Counted from the stretch's first letter, positions 24,387 through 37,382 are shown. The stretch: DNA of 64,000 bases from Amphiscolops sp. MND2022 (GCA_964187785.1 OZ076410.1:19530001-19594000); one strand, 5' to 3'. A program made the numbers and translations. The notes: generated by a model not told the origin, from the sequence alone.

Positions 24387-24898
24387 TTTGGGTGAGTTAT
24401 TATTTATGTCAATATTGTTTTTTCCGAGCCCCGGTAAAAAAAATAACTGGAAAGAAATGAAATACTGCAAAAAATACAAATAAAAAAATTGCCTGCAAAT
24501 AATATTCGAGGAGAAATGGGGCTTCGAAAAAATTTTGCCAAATTTTGTCAACTTTTTGACTTCTTGGTGTACCGTCTAGGTTAAAAACCATTGGTCGAGA
24601 AAAAAGTTTATTCGCGTGAGATTCGAACTCATGACCTCATACTTTGGGTGAGTTATTATTTATGTCAATATTGTTTTTTCCGAGCCCCGGTAAAAAAAAA
24701 AAGGAAAGAAATGAAATACTGCAAAAAATACAAATAAAAAAATTGCCTGCAAATAATATTCGAGGAGAAATGGGGCTTCGAAAAAATTTTGCCAAATTTT
24801 GTCAACTTTTTGACTTCTTGGTGTACCGTCTAGGTTAAAAACCATTGGTCGAGAAAAAAGTTTATTCGCGTGAGATTCGAACTCATGACCTCATACTT
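24387..24898. repeat. Tandem duplication of a roughly 256-bp unit
   Basis: 24387-24642 and 24643-24898 are near-identical, differing around an A run. Each unit ends in a minus-strand T-arm/B-box (TGAG-TTCGAAT-CTCA). Confidence 0.95.
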
Positions 24899-25387
24899 GC
24901 AAAAATAGCATCCCAGGTACATCAAGTGGCCGGATTTTACCCCCGAAAGTATATGTTGAAAAATTATTCAATCAATGAGTGTGAGTTTTACGGTCTGACG
25001 AAAAAGGACAAAACTAGTCACCGTAGACTGCATCTTTCAGGCAAAATGAAGCAGCATTAAAACTGACAAAATAATTTACAGTAAACTATTGCTTTTTTAG
25101 AAGATAAAGTTAGATAAAGTTGGAAGATAAAGTTTTACTTTAGATAAAGTTATCTTTTATCAAGTCATCATTCAACAATTGAAGTCGAGAGAGTTTTCAT
25201 GCCATTTTTGTTGTGAACCATCAAAATACAAAAAAGTTTCCGAACTTGGAGAACCAAAGCCAAACAAAGCGGAGAACAATCCACTCAGGTGACGGGAACA
25301 ACAAACAAAAGACAACTACTATCCAACGAAACAATGACGAGAACAGGAGACCGTATTTGCACGCAGAAATTAACAATTCCAACCCTA

Positions 25388-25620
25388 GAACAAGCCGGGA
25401 ACGGCCCAAGTCGGCTTCATATCTAAGGCTCAAAAATATTCAAGGAACAACAATTGGAAAAACTTGGGAAAAATTTTTTTTCAAAAAAAAGTATTTGGTT
25501 AAACAAAAGTCGCACATCGCTTCAGGCTTATTAAACGTTTTTTACAAACCGAAAACTTCAAAAAATTCAAGGGGGTACTCTTTGACAGAATTCAAAAATT
25601 TTCGGAAACATGTCGCATAG
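25388..25620 (-). mobile_element. HINE 3' portion
   Basis: Reverse complement GAGCCTTAGATATGAAGCCGACTTGG-GCCG-ttcc-CGGC, plus internal sequence like 16960-17160. Confidence 0.7.
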
Positions 25621-25649
25621 AGGCCGGTGTTAGACTTTTACAAGATATA

Positions 25650-27180
25650 CTGATGGCAATGGAAGAACTACGATACCCTAAAGTTGAAAAAAATCTCAAA
25701 TCATACTTGGTGGTCGTACAGTACTGTCAAAAAGTATCGAAAATCTCTGTGCCCAAACAGACATTTGGAGACAGTTACTGGAAAATACAACGAAAGGCAG
25801 TGGTCAGAAGAACGCACGAAGGCATTCAGAAACCTAAAACGAAAGGTCACCGAAATCCATGTTTTGACCATCCCAATTCTATTTTCCAAAACGGATTTAC
25901 TACGGACGCAAGCAAGCAAAAGAGGATTCGGAGACACTTTATAGGCAGGAACAACCAACCGGTATTTTGGAACCAATCCGATTCATCTGCCGCTTCATTT
26001 CTGATACAGACGAAGAATTTGCAAAAGAAATGAGCTCGAATTGCTGGCAGTAGTTTGGGTATTGAAACGCTTCCGTCTCTACATTTACGGCAAACCGATA
26101 CAATTATTAACGGATCACCAGGCATTAAAAATTTTAATTAAACGAATCCGATCCAAGGCGCAACATAGAGCGGCGGTTAACATTATGGCTGGACCGATTA
26201 GCTCACTTTGCAATTAACGTAAACCATATAGCCGGTAAAAACTAAGCACTCCCGGATTATCTTAGCCAAAATTCGACCTCACCATCACAAGCGATGACAC
26301 ATACTACGAAGAGTATGTCATCAGCAACAACACTGCGCAGAACAGTCACGTCAATTTTATATCCAAAAATGAAACAGAATCTAGCATGGACGCTAGAACA
26401 ATCCACGACGTAGGAGTGCCGGGACTAACCGCAGCAAGACAGCAGTTAATAGAAAGATGGCGAGTAATCGTGAAACCCGGTTTAACGGTTATTTGGACGG
26501 CGATGAAAAGGCTACCACGAACCATCAAAGTTTCTTCGGAACGAAGCAGAGTCATTGAAGAAAAACTCCAGAAAAATTTTAGAACCCTCCGAAATCGAAA
26601 TGAACCAAGAGGTTACTAAATACAACAACAACCACAACACCTATGAAGGCGTTCAACCAACCAGAAACAAGGTGGTCCGGAAAATGTACGGTAGACCCGT
26701 TCGTGGAAATGAAGCGACCCACACCGGAACATCCACCCTAATACAGACCGGGCCCTTCATTGGCACCGATGTACATTTTTTCAGAATGAAGAAATACCGA
26801 TGGGGGATGTGGCTATTGAGTCGAAAACAGAGCAAGACCCCTCAGAGCTTATCTACTCGCTATACTGGGCCAAGTATGTGGGATTCAAAAATATGTGGGA
26901 GTCAAAAGTCAAACTGTGAAGCTTTTGAGAGAAGATTTTCAGTACATTCCAAAGCCCTAGACGGGTGCTGGTTTGACACCTTCTCGTCTTGGCAAAAAAT
27001 ATATTTTTAAGGAATTTTTTTATTTTGAGAAAGAAACTCATTATTATAGAACTTATGGCAAGAATACGCATTGTTCATTCGATTCTACCCATGCAGTCGA
27101 AAAAACTTTAAAAAATGAAAGAGAAATTATTGCAAAACTGCTTGAAGATGACCTAACAAATCCGGGGGGTCTAAAATTAC
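25650..27180 (+). mobile_element. Degenerate Ty3/Gypsy RT-connection / RNase H / start of integrase
   Basis: WSEERTKAFRNLK, TTDASK (25899), ELELLAVVW.LKRFRLYIYGK (26032), LLTDHQAL (26110), WLDRLAHF...HIAGKN...DYLS. The integrase part is much more decayed. Confidence 0.8.
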
Positions 27181-27759
27181 GTTAGAGTAAATTAGGAAGA
27201 CTTCTTTTTCTTGGAAAGCCAAGAAACAGAGCGGACGTAGCTATGATTTCAAAAACAGCTTTCTAGAGGCGGGATTAAATAAGGGCACTTCAAATCCCAT
27301 AAAGTGGAACCATTCATCAGAATTCGACTCCATTATCAAACAATGTTATGAGTTTTCCATGGCACTTCCAAAAATGACAGATTTTTGCCTATTTTTCTTT
27401 TTCCTCTGTCTTGAGACAAGTTGAAAAAAGATCAAATTCAGCATTTGATGAGAGACTTTGATCCTCAAACACTCACAAATTTTCACCAATATAAGGCTTT
27501 TCTTCAATTTACTGGAAGGTTTCATTTGAAACAGGGGAAGGGTTAAAATTATTTTTCGGCCCCGTTATATACGATATTTTTGAATGAAATAGCAAAAATC
27601 TATGGCTCAAATGCATTCGGAAAGTTTGAAACAAGATCTAGCTCAATTGAAGAACGCAATTTGAATATCATTTTTATCAAAATGACCACTTCACAGTTGA
27701 GTTTTGCTCAAAAAAGTTTTAGGAACGATATTTATTCTTTCTCTGACTCTTTCTGACCT

Positions 27760-28021
27760 TTTCCGAAATTGATTCTTTTTTCGGCGCTGTGAGACTTTTT
27801 TTCGAATTTTTTCTAGGTCTTCAAATGGTCCCCCGTTGATTTTATTGAAGTTGCCCCTCGTAAAATCTGGGGTTGAGCGCTATATCCGAACTTTTGACGT
27901 TATATCCGAACTACATTGCATTTTAGTAGGTAGGAGGCGGAGTTTCGAAAACAGTTTCTCAAAACGTCCAACTCATATTCCAAAAATTGCGCTTTTTGAG
28001 CCTTAGATATAGCGCCGACTT

Positions 28022-28022
<1 letters not shown>
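27760..28022 (+). mobile_element. HINE 3' portion ending in a (GA)n tract
   Basis: GAGCCTTAGATATAGCGCCGACTTT runs directly into (AG)n; internal part is colinear with the reverse complement of 55320-55480. Confidence 0.7.
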
Positions 28023-28065
<43 letters not shown>

Positions 28066-28080
28066 AAGAGGGAGAGAGAG
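28023..28080. repeat. (GA)n microsatellite
   Basis: Directly visible. Confidence 0.95.
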
Positions 28081-28394
28081 ATACGAAAAGGTTTTCAAAA
28101 AAGTCTCATAGTGCCAAAAAAATGAAAGGGGACCCATTAGTCTCTAAACTTAGAAAGCGCCGAAGATCCTCATTTATTGCTGTCTTCAATTGTTCAATTA
28201 GATGAAATAACTGGTAGATCAAAGGACACAGGCCCAAAAGTTGATGGAAGTTGTGTAGCCATTTTATCTGCAACTAAGCAAAAGAAAGAACTCAATGTGA
28301 TGAGCCTTGAAATGACCAAATCGGGGGAAGACGAGAAGACTCGAAGTCTTTGATTTTTGACGAATGTAAAACAGCTGACGTTTACTCTTATTTT

Positions 28395-28836
28395 GAACAC
28401 GCCGGAAATGGCATAAGTCGGTGCCTTATCCAAGGCTCAAACATAGCAAAAGAACTTCAAAGTGTCTTTTAAATACACAAAAAACCCGAAAGTGGACAGA
28501 ATTGGCGCGCCGAAAATGAGACTATTTGGGATGTTTCAACATTTCTGTCGCCGAACATCAAATAAAAATGAAGGTGGGACACTTTGGCGGGAACAAAACG
28601 TTCAAAAAAGTCTCGCAATGCCGAAAAACTGAAAGATAGACCCTTTGGTCTGGCCTCGTACTGTATGTTACGCGGCTAAACGGAGAACCCATTTTGGTTC
28701 AGTTCTCTAAGCCAAATGGTTCATTTTGACAACATAAAATTTGGAAGCACTTTTAAGAACTATTTTGGTCAGTTCTTGTGGATTGAAAAAAAATCACTGT
28801 AAAAGTCGCGTTTCACTTTAAGAAGCGCTGACAAAT
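28395..28836 (-). mobile_element. HINE, divergent subfamily
   Basis: 5' (rc) TTTGTCAGCGCTTCTTAAAGTGAAACGCGACT resembles 43298-43335; 3' (rc) GGCACCGACTTAT-GCC-atttcc-GGC. Confidence 0.6.
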
Positions 28837-29929
28837 AATTATCTGTTTCACTGGCAGTCATGTTGTTAGTGGACTCGACTGACAATTTTTATTGTTGATC
28901 TGTCAGTTTTGAAGAAGCACCCGACGACTGCGAGTCAGAACCAGTCAAGTTTTTCTTGAAGGTCAACAAAAAGAATCCGAAGAAAATTTTTCTAAAATTT
29001 GCAATTCTAAAACACAATCGAGTAATGACCTTCTGTTGATCGACAAGCATATCTGAAATGGAATGCTCCTGATATTCCATGTCTAGTAAAAATAACGTAC
29101 TTTGCTGACTCTCCAGTTTTGTAGTTGTTTGTGTTTCTCTATGTGAACATGGACACTTTCGGGCTATAATAAAATTATCTTGTTTGTTTTTGTTCCATTG
29201 CTGTCAGTCCAATTCTTATTTTATTCTCATTTGTTTTCTCTCAGCATCTTTTTTACGTCTCCTAGCAGCCAGCAGGACGTTTTGCCTTCTGAGTTTTGAC
29301 TGTGTAGTTGTTTTTTGAGAGCGTCGGCCTTCAAGTGAGAATTTGAAAGCTCATTACCACTCCTTGGTAGTACTTTCTTTTACCCCTGTGACAAAGCTTT
29401 TAGACCATTGTGAAAATTTGAAACTACTAAACTAATCAAAACAAAACTTTGAATTAAAAAAACTTGATAGATAACACCGGCCTTTTTGGAAAAGAGGATT
29501 GACAATATTTTCTGCCTTCACTCTTGATCTCATGTCGGAACTATTACGTTTCGCCGGTGGGTTCGAAGCTGAATATTGTCAAACTTTTAAAATTTCGGAG
29601 AAGCTGAAACGTTAAAGAATCGGCAAACGTCCTCTGACTGCAGACCTAAAGGTTGACCAATTTGGTTTGTTGGTCCTCTCCATATATTAGACATAATAGA
29701 GCTTTTATGTAGATCGTCTACAGTTGCCTTGACTGGTTGAAAGGAACCCTTTCCGAAGCCATTATAGTAGTCACGTAGATCTTCAACAAGGCGAATTACC
29801 AAGAAGTTCTCTTTTTTATGTTCTCGAGCGTTTGATATGAAATAATGAAATAGGCGGAAATCTTAACAGGTTCGCACTAGTATAGTGGGGAGCAAGTTTC
29901 TGAAACTTCAATTGGAATCTATACAAAGA

Positions 29930-32800
29930 AAAGCCTAAAATTATCCAATGTCAAACAAAGACAATCATGTTGAGGGTAGTGAAAGGGATGGAAGGAGAAA
30001 GATACTGCAAAGTTTCTGACAAAACACAAGTCAAGTTTGCATCCAGCTCGGTGCCTGTTCAAAAGGACCATTTGTTGAAAGCCCTTATGTTGTATCATCG
30101 AGATGACTTGTCTCGCATCTGGTGAAATAAAATTACCAATAACAATTGCGACATCACGATTCAGATTAGTGTTTCAAGATGGCATCTCTTTCAAAATCGC
30201 GTTTCTTTGCATTCAGGGACTGTATGTTAAGACAATGCCACGAATCCGTTAAACGACTGCTTGGACATCGGACTGAGTCACACTGTCTGATTTGTCAGTT
30301 ATGCGTTGGGCTTAGACCCTTCTGAACAAGAGATTGTTTTTCAACTGCTCTTTTGCTGTTGCACCGCAAAACGGTACATATTGTCAAACGCAAACCTCTG
30401 CCATCTGTATTCATAATCTTTTGGGTAAAGTCCTGCTGTATAGGTCCTTTTTTGACGTTTTGCTGAACGAGTATATTATCCCGATGGAAAGTAGCAAGGG
30501 GAAGGTTTGCACTCAAAGTTGTTATCAGCCAACCAGTTGATGGGAAGCTTCTTTTCTCCTGGTGCTACAGATACAGAGTCCGAATGCACCTTGGATTTCA
30601 TCGACCTGTTGGCTATCAACTCTTCAACAGGGTTTTAACACAAAAAACAGGTAACGAAAGGTTCAGTTTCGTCTGCAACTGATTCACAAGTCAATTCGCT
30701 TTCAACGTTGTTTGTAAATTCAGTTTTCAGAACAACGTCCCAATAAAGGACATTCTGCGGGTTTTTCAAGTACTGTAGCACTTTAATGATCACTAGTGAC
30801 TGAATTGAAGAATGCGCGAAAACATTCAGCAACTGCGTCGAGCGCTTCAGTTGTACATTGACAAAATACGCCTCAACCGAAAGCGCTGCCGATAATTTAC
30901 AGTTGCCTGCAGATCCGTAGCAGTCAAATGAACTTTTATTACCTTATCTCTGACGGCTGACATTCTTTTGGAAGCTAGAAAAACTTAGAAGTTTTGGAAG
31001 TGAAAAAAGTTCATGAAGTGTAGATTCTTGGCTACTAATTGTGTCTCAGATTTTGTTAGAACAAGTTCATGAGGGACAGCTTCCACGGAGAAACTTGACT
31101 AACACAAGAAAAACAAATTGAAATTGATGCCTGCAAGTAAAAATTCAAAACTAAATTGTTCAACAGAAACTGTTTAAACGCACCAGAAAAATTCTCGGGA
31201 AGGTACAAACCCCATCTCCGAAGCAAATACACTTGTAGGTCAAACCTTCTCGTGCTTTTCTGGAAAGTTCCCAAAGCTTTGTCGAAACTCAAAATTTTTT
31301 CATCCAGTATTTGTTATGCAAGGGCTCTTTCAAAACCTCGTCGTACTTCGCACGCAGGGGCTCCTTCAAAAATTTGACTTGCTTGTCACGCAAGGGCTGT
31401 TCCAAATAGTTGACGTATATCTCCTGCAAAGGTTGTCTAAATTTTGTCAAGTAGGTTTCATGCAAGTGTTCAATTTTGTCGAATTATCCTCGATCACAAA
31501 GATTCTTTCTTTTTTGTCACATACTTGTCAACAAAAGGCTCTTTTGAAATTAAAATTCAATATTCATTAACTGGTCTTTTCAGTTCGGTTTCGTATGTTA
31601 GTCGGTACGTCTCGGGAATTTTTTCCTCATTACTCAATCATAATGATTTTCGACAGTTTCCCACATGTTTCAACCGTAACGTCTCTTGCAGTTTTTCTAC
31701 GTTTTTCAATCGTATCGACTGTCAAAATTCTTCTTTTTTTCAACTGTTACTTTCTCTCGTAAAACATCCGTTTCAGGATTTTTCATCTTCCTCGCGGGCA
31801 ACTTCATATACTTTTTCTACAGCTTTTGACCTAAGAAATTTGCGTATCAAGTTCTCTTCTTTTCGTTGTATTCTCTTTATCGTATTCTCTTTGTTAATAG
31901 GTGACAAGACCTCTCTGTTAAAATCTTTTCGTTGAACGCGTGTTCTTCTATTATAGCGCTCGTTCTGGGCCATATTACACTTTCTACCATACCACTGGCA
32001 GTAGTGTTTTTTCTTCTCAAGTTTAATTTTTCGTACAAGAATTTTATATATGATTTGCAGGTACTTGAAAAATGTCACAGAGCGCGTTGTTCGTTTCTAA
32101 AGAAACTAAGTCATCCCACACAGGGAACCTTCATTAAGATTCGACAGTTAAGAAATTAGTATATCAAGGACGCTGTGTGAAGCTGCAGTGCCAGAACCAT
32201 GAATTGTTTGACACTTGGCTTGTTTGATGTGACGACTCAATTTGCGCGAATCGAAGGAAAATTTGCTGCACCCGGCACAATTGAACCGATTTAATTTAGT
32301 TTAGTTTTGCGTCCCTCGATTAAAGTGAAAGGTACATTATTGAACTCCACGGACGATCTCAACGAAGAGCAGTAACGTGTGCTGGAACATTCGTGGTGTT
32401 GATGAACAGGTGTTCTGCAAAACCGGCACTGCAATACACAAGCAAAACCAATATCAGGAAACACGATACAATCCGAGAATTCCTCGGAAAGTTTCAGGTC
32501 AAACAATTTTGTGTTTGAGAGTCGCTGGCACCAAGACGCACAGGAGTACCTGTCACATGAGTATGAACCGAACCGAGCACAAACCTGGCAGGACCTTCTC
32601 ACACCTTCTGTGAGAAGGTAGAGGTTTCGGAGCCATTGCTTAGGTGATCCTCACCGAACGCACCATCAGACCAATTGCCCCTGCTGGTTAACATTAGTTG
32701 AAGCAATCTGACAAAAATACCACAAATACATTCGTAGGAACAATAAAATTCTGAAAACGAACCTTGAAAATTACAGTAAAAATAGGGTTGTCCCAAATTT
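29930..32800 (-). pseudogene. Internally deleted Helentron RepHel-endonuclease gene relic
   Basis: In order: Zn-finger-like CAGC...LSRHIKQAKC (about 32270); 12-aa repeats (31310-31440); FQKSTR/EGLTYKCIC; TDLQATVN..VNVQLKR..KVLQYLKNPQNVLY (30760-30920); APGEKK..NFE..PCYFPSG..RFAFDNMYRFAVQ (30360-30565); then AP-endonuclease motifs LNIQSL (30214), IVIGNF (30130), GFQQMV..HRAG..LDLCFV, HD (29964). No HUH core or PIF1 helicase motifs seen. Confidence 0.7.
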
Positions 32801-32816
32801 GAGTAACTTGAAAATC

Positions 32817-33600
32817 AACAAGACGGGAACGTCTAAAGTCGGCGCTATATTTAAGGCTCAAAAAGCGCAAACAATTTTTCTTGAAAAAAACACTTGACGT
32901 TTTTGAATTTTTTCTTTCAGAAAATCTCGCACAGTGCCGAAAAACGTAATTAAAAGGGGGCGTTTTGGGCTTTATTAACATATATTCTGTTGCAAAATGT
33001 CAAACAACTCGAAAGGAGGACTCTTTTAAGACATTGAAAATTTTTCGAAAAAAGTCTCACAGCGCCGAAAAGAATCCAAAGGGAGGACCCTTTAGGCACG
33101 TCCGGTTCTGTAGGTTTCCTTGAAAAAGTAAAAGGGGGACTCTTTACACTCATCCGGTTTTGTAGGCTATGTTTAAATTGTAAAAATTCAGAGGGGGGAC
33201 TCTTTGGAGACAAAAAAAGGTTTCAAAAAAACGCACAATGCCGCAAAAAATGGATTGCGGACCCTTTAGTCTCGTCCGGTTTTGTAGGCTACGGTAAAAA
33301 GTAAAAAATGAAAGGGGGGACCCTTTGGCGACAAAACATTTTATCGAAAAAAAAGTCGCACAGTGCCGACGAAAAATCGAAAGGGAAGACTCTTCTAGTC
33401 TCGTCCAGTTTTGTAGGTACCTTGAAAAAGTAAAAAATGAAAGGGGGACCCTTTGCACTAAGTTTCGCTAGGCCCCTTGGCGGTTTCAGGTTTGTTTCTA
33501 CAAAGTGGATCGATCAGTGTGAGGGTTGTATTCTGAAGAAAAAAAGGTCACAGCTATAGTCGGGCATTTATCCTTGAAAGGATGAAGCGCCGACTGCAAA
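32817..33600 (-). mobile_element. HINE (H2) with central tandem repeats of roughly 130-140 bp
   Basis: 3' (rc) AGCGCCGACTTT-AGACG-ttcc-CGTCT; 5' (rc) AGTCGGCGC..TCCTTTCAAGGA..GCCCGACT; repeated GTCGCACAGTGCCG..GGACCCTTT..CGTCCGGTTTTGTAGG units at 33050-33460. Confidence 0.8.
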
Positions 33601-34329
33601 CGACGGTTGTTCTGAAACATTCAATTCAAGAAACCAGATTAGTGAACCTCTGACAACTGAAAAACTTTAACAACTGAGTAAAAACTGCAAAGATTGACAG
33701 CTTATTCTCGGTAAACTGGGGATTTGAGTTGTCTAACACCGAAAAACTGAAAAGGCTGCAATTTTTTAGGAAGAGTAAAACTGCGAAACTAAACAGAAAA
33801 TTGAAACTGGCGTTTGCAAAACATGATACTTCAGATCGAGAAAACGGAACGAGACTGCGAACATTGAAAGCTGATGATCGCAAGACTGGGAAATTGAAAT
33901 GACTAAAACCTAAATACAGTAAACTGCAAACATGACCACCTTGATTTAAAAGACAAGGTTGGATAAAACTTCAGAATGTATGGTGTTACTTCTTAGCAGT
34001 AAAAGCAAATCGTTGTATGAAAACAGAAATCTGAAAGGTTACAATACTGACGCTGATAGTGAACATTGGCAACAGTGACGTAGAAAGATCACGACGTAAT
34101 CAGTTTTTTCATCACTATCACTTGAGAATTTTATTAAAGAAAGTGAAGACCCTCTAGTAGTTCTAAGAGACCTACGTGCAGAACTATTTGTTTCCTACTG
34201 TTACTTTTTTAGTGACGCTACATTTTCAGCTTTCTTACCTGTATATCGAAATTCAGACTTCTCAAGTTTCAGTGAGCTAAATTTCTGTAATAGAGATTCC
34301 TTCTGTGGCGATACTGTTACACTGCCATG

Positions 34330-35230
34330 ATTCGGATCTCGATTAGACCAAGATTCCAGTTTAGGAGAATGGAGTTTTTTTCAACGAACACCGTGACTAC
34401 TTCTGGCATGAGATGCTCACATCTCTTCATTTCAACTTAAGCGATAGTCAGCAAATGAAAATCCGTTCAACAGGTGGGTTGTTACAGTGTCAGCCAATGG
34501 TTCAAAGTTGATGGACGGCTGAAACGAAGTAAAGAAATCCGGTTTCAAAATTTTAGAAAAATGCCCTCTCCATGGAGCAGGTTGATTCAAAGTTTTTGAA
34601 TTGTTATCCAGTCCAAGTGTAAGATGTGCTTTGCCGAGTTGCTTGAGGCTATGTCAGAGATGTTGGGAGCAGCGGGAAACTTTTAACGAAGCTTTTTCTG
34701 TGCCTTTTTTCTCGACTTTTTCTTTTTTCTTGGGAAACAACTGGTTGGGCAATGTCTACAGGCAGAGAATCTATAATTTCATGAATTTCATGCATAAAAC
34801 TTCCGAATGACGCCACCGATAAAAATTGTGGTGACTTCGTGGCATGGTGATCAATTCTTCTAGGATTTGATTCATTTGGTATGGGGACTAACAGCAAAGC
34901 CGTCTGGGTTGGAGGAGTCTCTTTGCTAATTGAAGTTGCAAAACTTGCGTGTAGTTATTTTTAGCAGGCTGATGTTTATTGCATATCGGGAAAACGAGTT
35001 TACTTGCAGCCACCCTTTTAACGGACTTTTCAGTGTGAGCAATTTTTTTGCTAAGTCAACTGCGGCCAGCAATAGTTTCTCACCGTAATACAGTTTAGGG
35101 TTGTCTTTCAGCTCATGTATTGTAGGGCGCTCCACTATACCTTTCCGAAATTGATTAGCTTCTGCAAGTAGTATGCAATGTATGGCTTCTACATCTTGAA
35201 CAAACTCGTTGCCGAGAATATTCATTTCAA
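34330..35230 (-). pseudogene. Possible hAT transposase C-terminal relic
   Basis: STCSMERAFSKIL (about 34550-34590) resembles the hAT dimerisation motif; the rest is not recognisable. Confidence 0.3.
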
Positions 35231-36909
35231 TGATCTTAAATGAAACATTTTTCGATAAAAAAATTCATAGGATATCGGGACTAAAGGAGTTATTCGCCAA
35301 ACCACGAAACAATGGCTGTTTTGCTGTGTCGAAATGAAATAAACCGAACTGGTTTTTTATATTCAAATCGAAGCTTTGTTGAAAATTTTAACATACACCT
35401 TAACGAATAGGGAACCAGGACTGGTGAGTTGTCTCTTAGCAAAAATAAACGAACAAGACCAACCGATGAAGTAAAACCCGCAAAACTGCTGGAAGTGAAA
35501 TGATCCGAAATGAAATCAACTGTCGGGGTTTAAAAAAGTGGAAATTTATGATATTCAGATGACAAGGATGTGAACTGAGGAAAGAAAAAACTCAAAGGGT
35601 TGGAAAGGAAACGTTCAAAAAATTGAAAATTTGAAACCATTCTTTAAGGTTACGACTATAGGAGAAATGAGGCAGTTTCCATTAAAAGAATGAAAGAGAA
35701 AAAAATCACCTTCAATTTGAACAGGTTATACTAAAGTTTAAAATGGTACTGTTCCTGGAATAACCAAAAGCTCAAGTTCAGGCCAATAAACAACCAGAGC
35801 ACACAAATCTCTGGGCATTTGTTCCGCTCAGAAGTATCTTCTTTTATGGGAGGCTCAAACGTCATTTGCCCAGCAAGCGTTCCTCCACGGGTAAGCGTTA
35901 GGTTAAGTTGTTGGAATTCGGGAAAACTTTTCAAGGGGAGATGACCGTTTTTTACTTTTTGAGGACACGAAAAAGCCTTCACTGCACCAAATGGATGCAG
36001 AGAGAGACGATCCTTGGCGTCCTTCAGCAGCGCATCCGTTCTGAGAAGAGGGCCCAAACGACAGCATCCTGAGTGGGCCTTCGTATCAATCTGCTACTGG
36101 ACAACACTTTCAGTGCTAGAATCAACCAAAGATTGCTGTAAGGTTTGTATTACACTTCAAATGTACTGATTATCCCAACAATGTTTTCTTTGTTTTTCAA
36201 TGTAAGTGTCCAAGCAGGAACAACTTTCCTTCACACCATTTGGTGGACCCCTTGCGTATAATATAGTGCAGCGAAACAATCCCACCAGATCTCAATTAAT
36301 CCTCAAGAGGACCAGACGTGCTTGTTCTAGGAATGACGTTGTTTCGAAGGGTAACGACTGCTACTCCTTGAAATGTTAACTGCGATTCCACGTCTTCACC
36401 ACCATCTTGCAAACTAACATCATGTTTTGTGAACAAATCAAGAAGAAAAATTGGTTTCCACTCCGGGAAGTCCACACCCCACGGGTCAAACTTATACCGC
36501 TGTGAAAAGTTTGCCTAAATCATTGCGACTCACCGAGTACCAAATAGTGAATCATACCTTCAATTAAATAAGTTTTTCCAAAATTCCAAGTTAATATTTA
36601 GCTTTATAATGAAATAAAGTCATACCGCGAAACGAATGCAAAGTTTTACTGTGATGAAGTTTTTATACAACATGACTGCAATGCTGAAAAAATTGTTAAA
36701 GCCATGTTATTCGTAGTACGATACGAAGGACGAATCGTGGTACGAGGTACGCGATTTATATGATCTTACTACGTTAGGTGAGGTTCAATCTCGTTGTACG
36801 TCAACTAGAAAAAGTAACATTAGTCCAAACAACTTTTTGAATATCCGTTTTCGATCGATTTGAAAGTTTTTAGGATCCTATTTCTACTTGATATTTGAGA
36901 CTAGTGGTG

Positions 36910-37382
36910 CTTTGAGCGAAACTGCTTGAACTTTTCTAAGTTGCCGGGCAATTTTCCATGACTTTTTAGAACTCTCGGAAACTTCCAATCAATAAAACCA
37001 CCGCTTTGATTGAAGTGTGTCGAGATGCCTAAGCGCTGCGTCCTATATACGGCAGCATTCCGGAGCCAGAAAATATTGAAAGCAAATCAACTTAGGTCAT
37101 TTTTCTAGTTCCGAAGTAGAGTGATCAATCTTCAGCGACAACTTGAATAACGGTGACAACAAAAGTTGAGAACTTGAGGAACTTAATTGTGAAAACAAAG
37201 TCATCGAGACTGCAAAGAAAAAGAAACAATTGTAATTTCGATTGAAATAGTGCATTCTGCATTGCAATCCAGCCAAGTTTTCCCAAGAGGGTTGCTCCCA
37301 GATTTTTCCATGTTTTTTTCTAAAAAATAGCATTGTATACATAAAAGTAGCATGAAAAACTTTCCAGCAATTTCAACTACAG
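36910..37382. mobile_element. Degenerate family D MITE
   Basis: GAAACTGCTTGAAC start and GCATGAAAAACTTTCCAGCAATTTCAACTA end match 46819-47366. Confidence 0.5.

Noticed and set aside
24409-24845. Twin ORFs MVFNLDGTPRSQK...
   Set aside because: Products of the tandem duplication; they start at TTG and diverge by a frameshift in an A run.
33050-33460. Repeat-spacer array
   Set aside because: Degenerate tandem repeats internal to a HINE; no cas genes; eukaryotic context.
35731-36430. Coding-like minus-strand region
   Set aside because: Interrupted by stops and not assignable to any family by eye.
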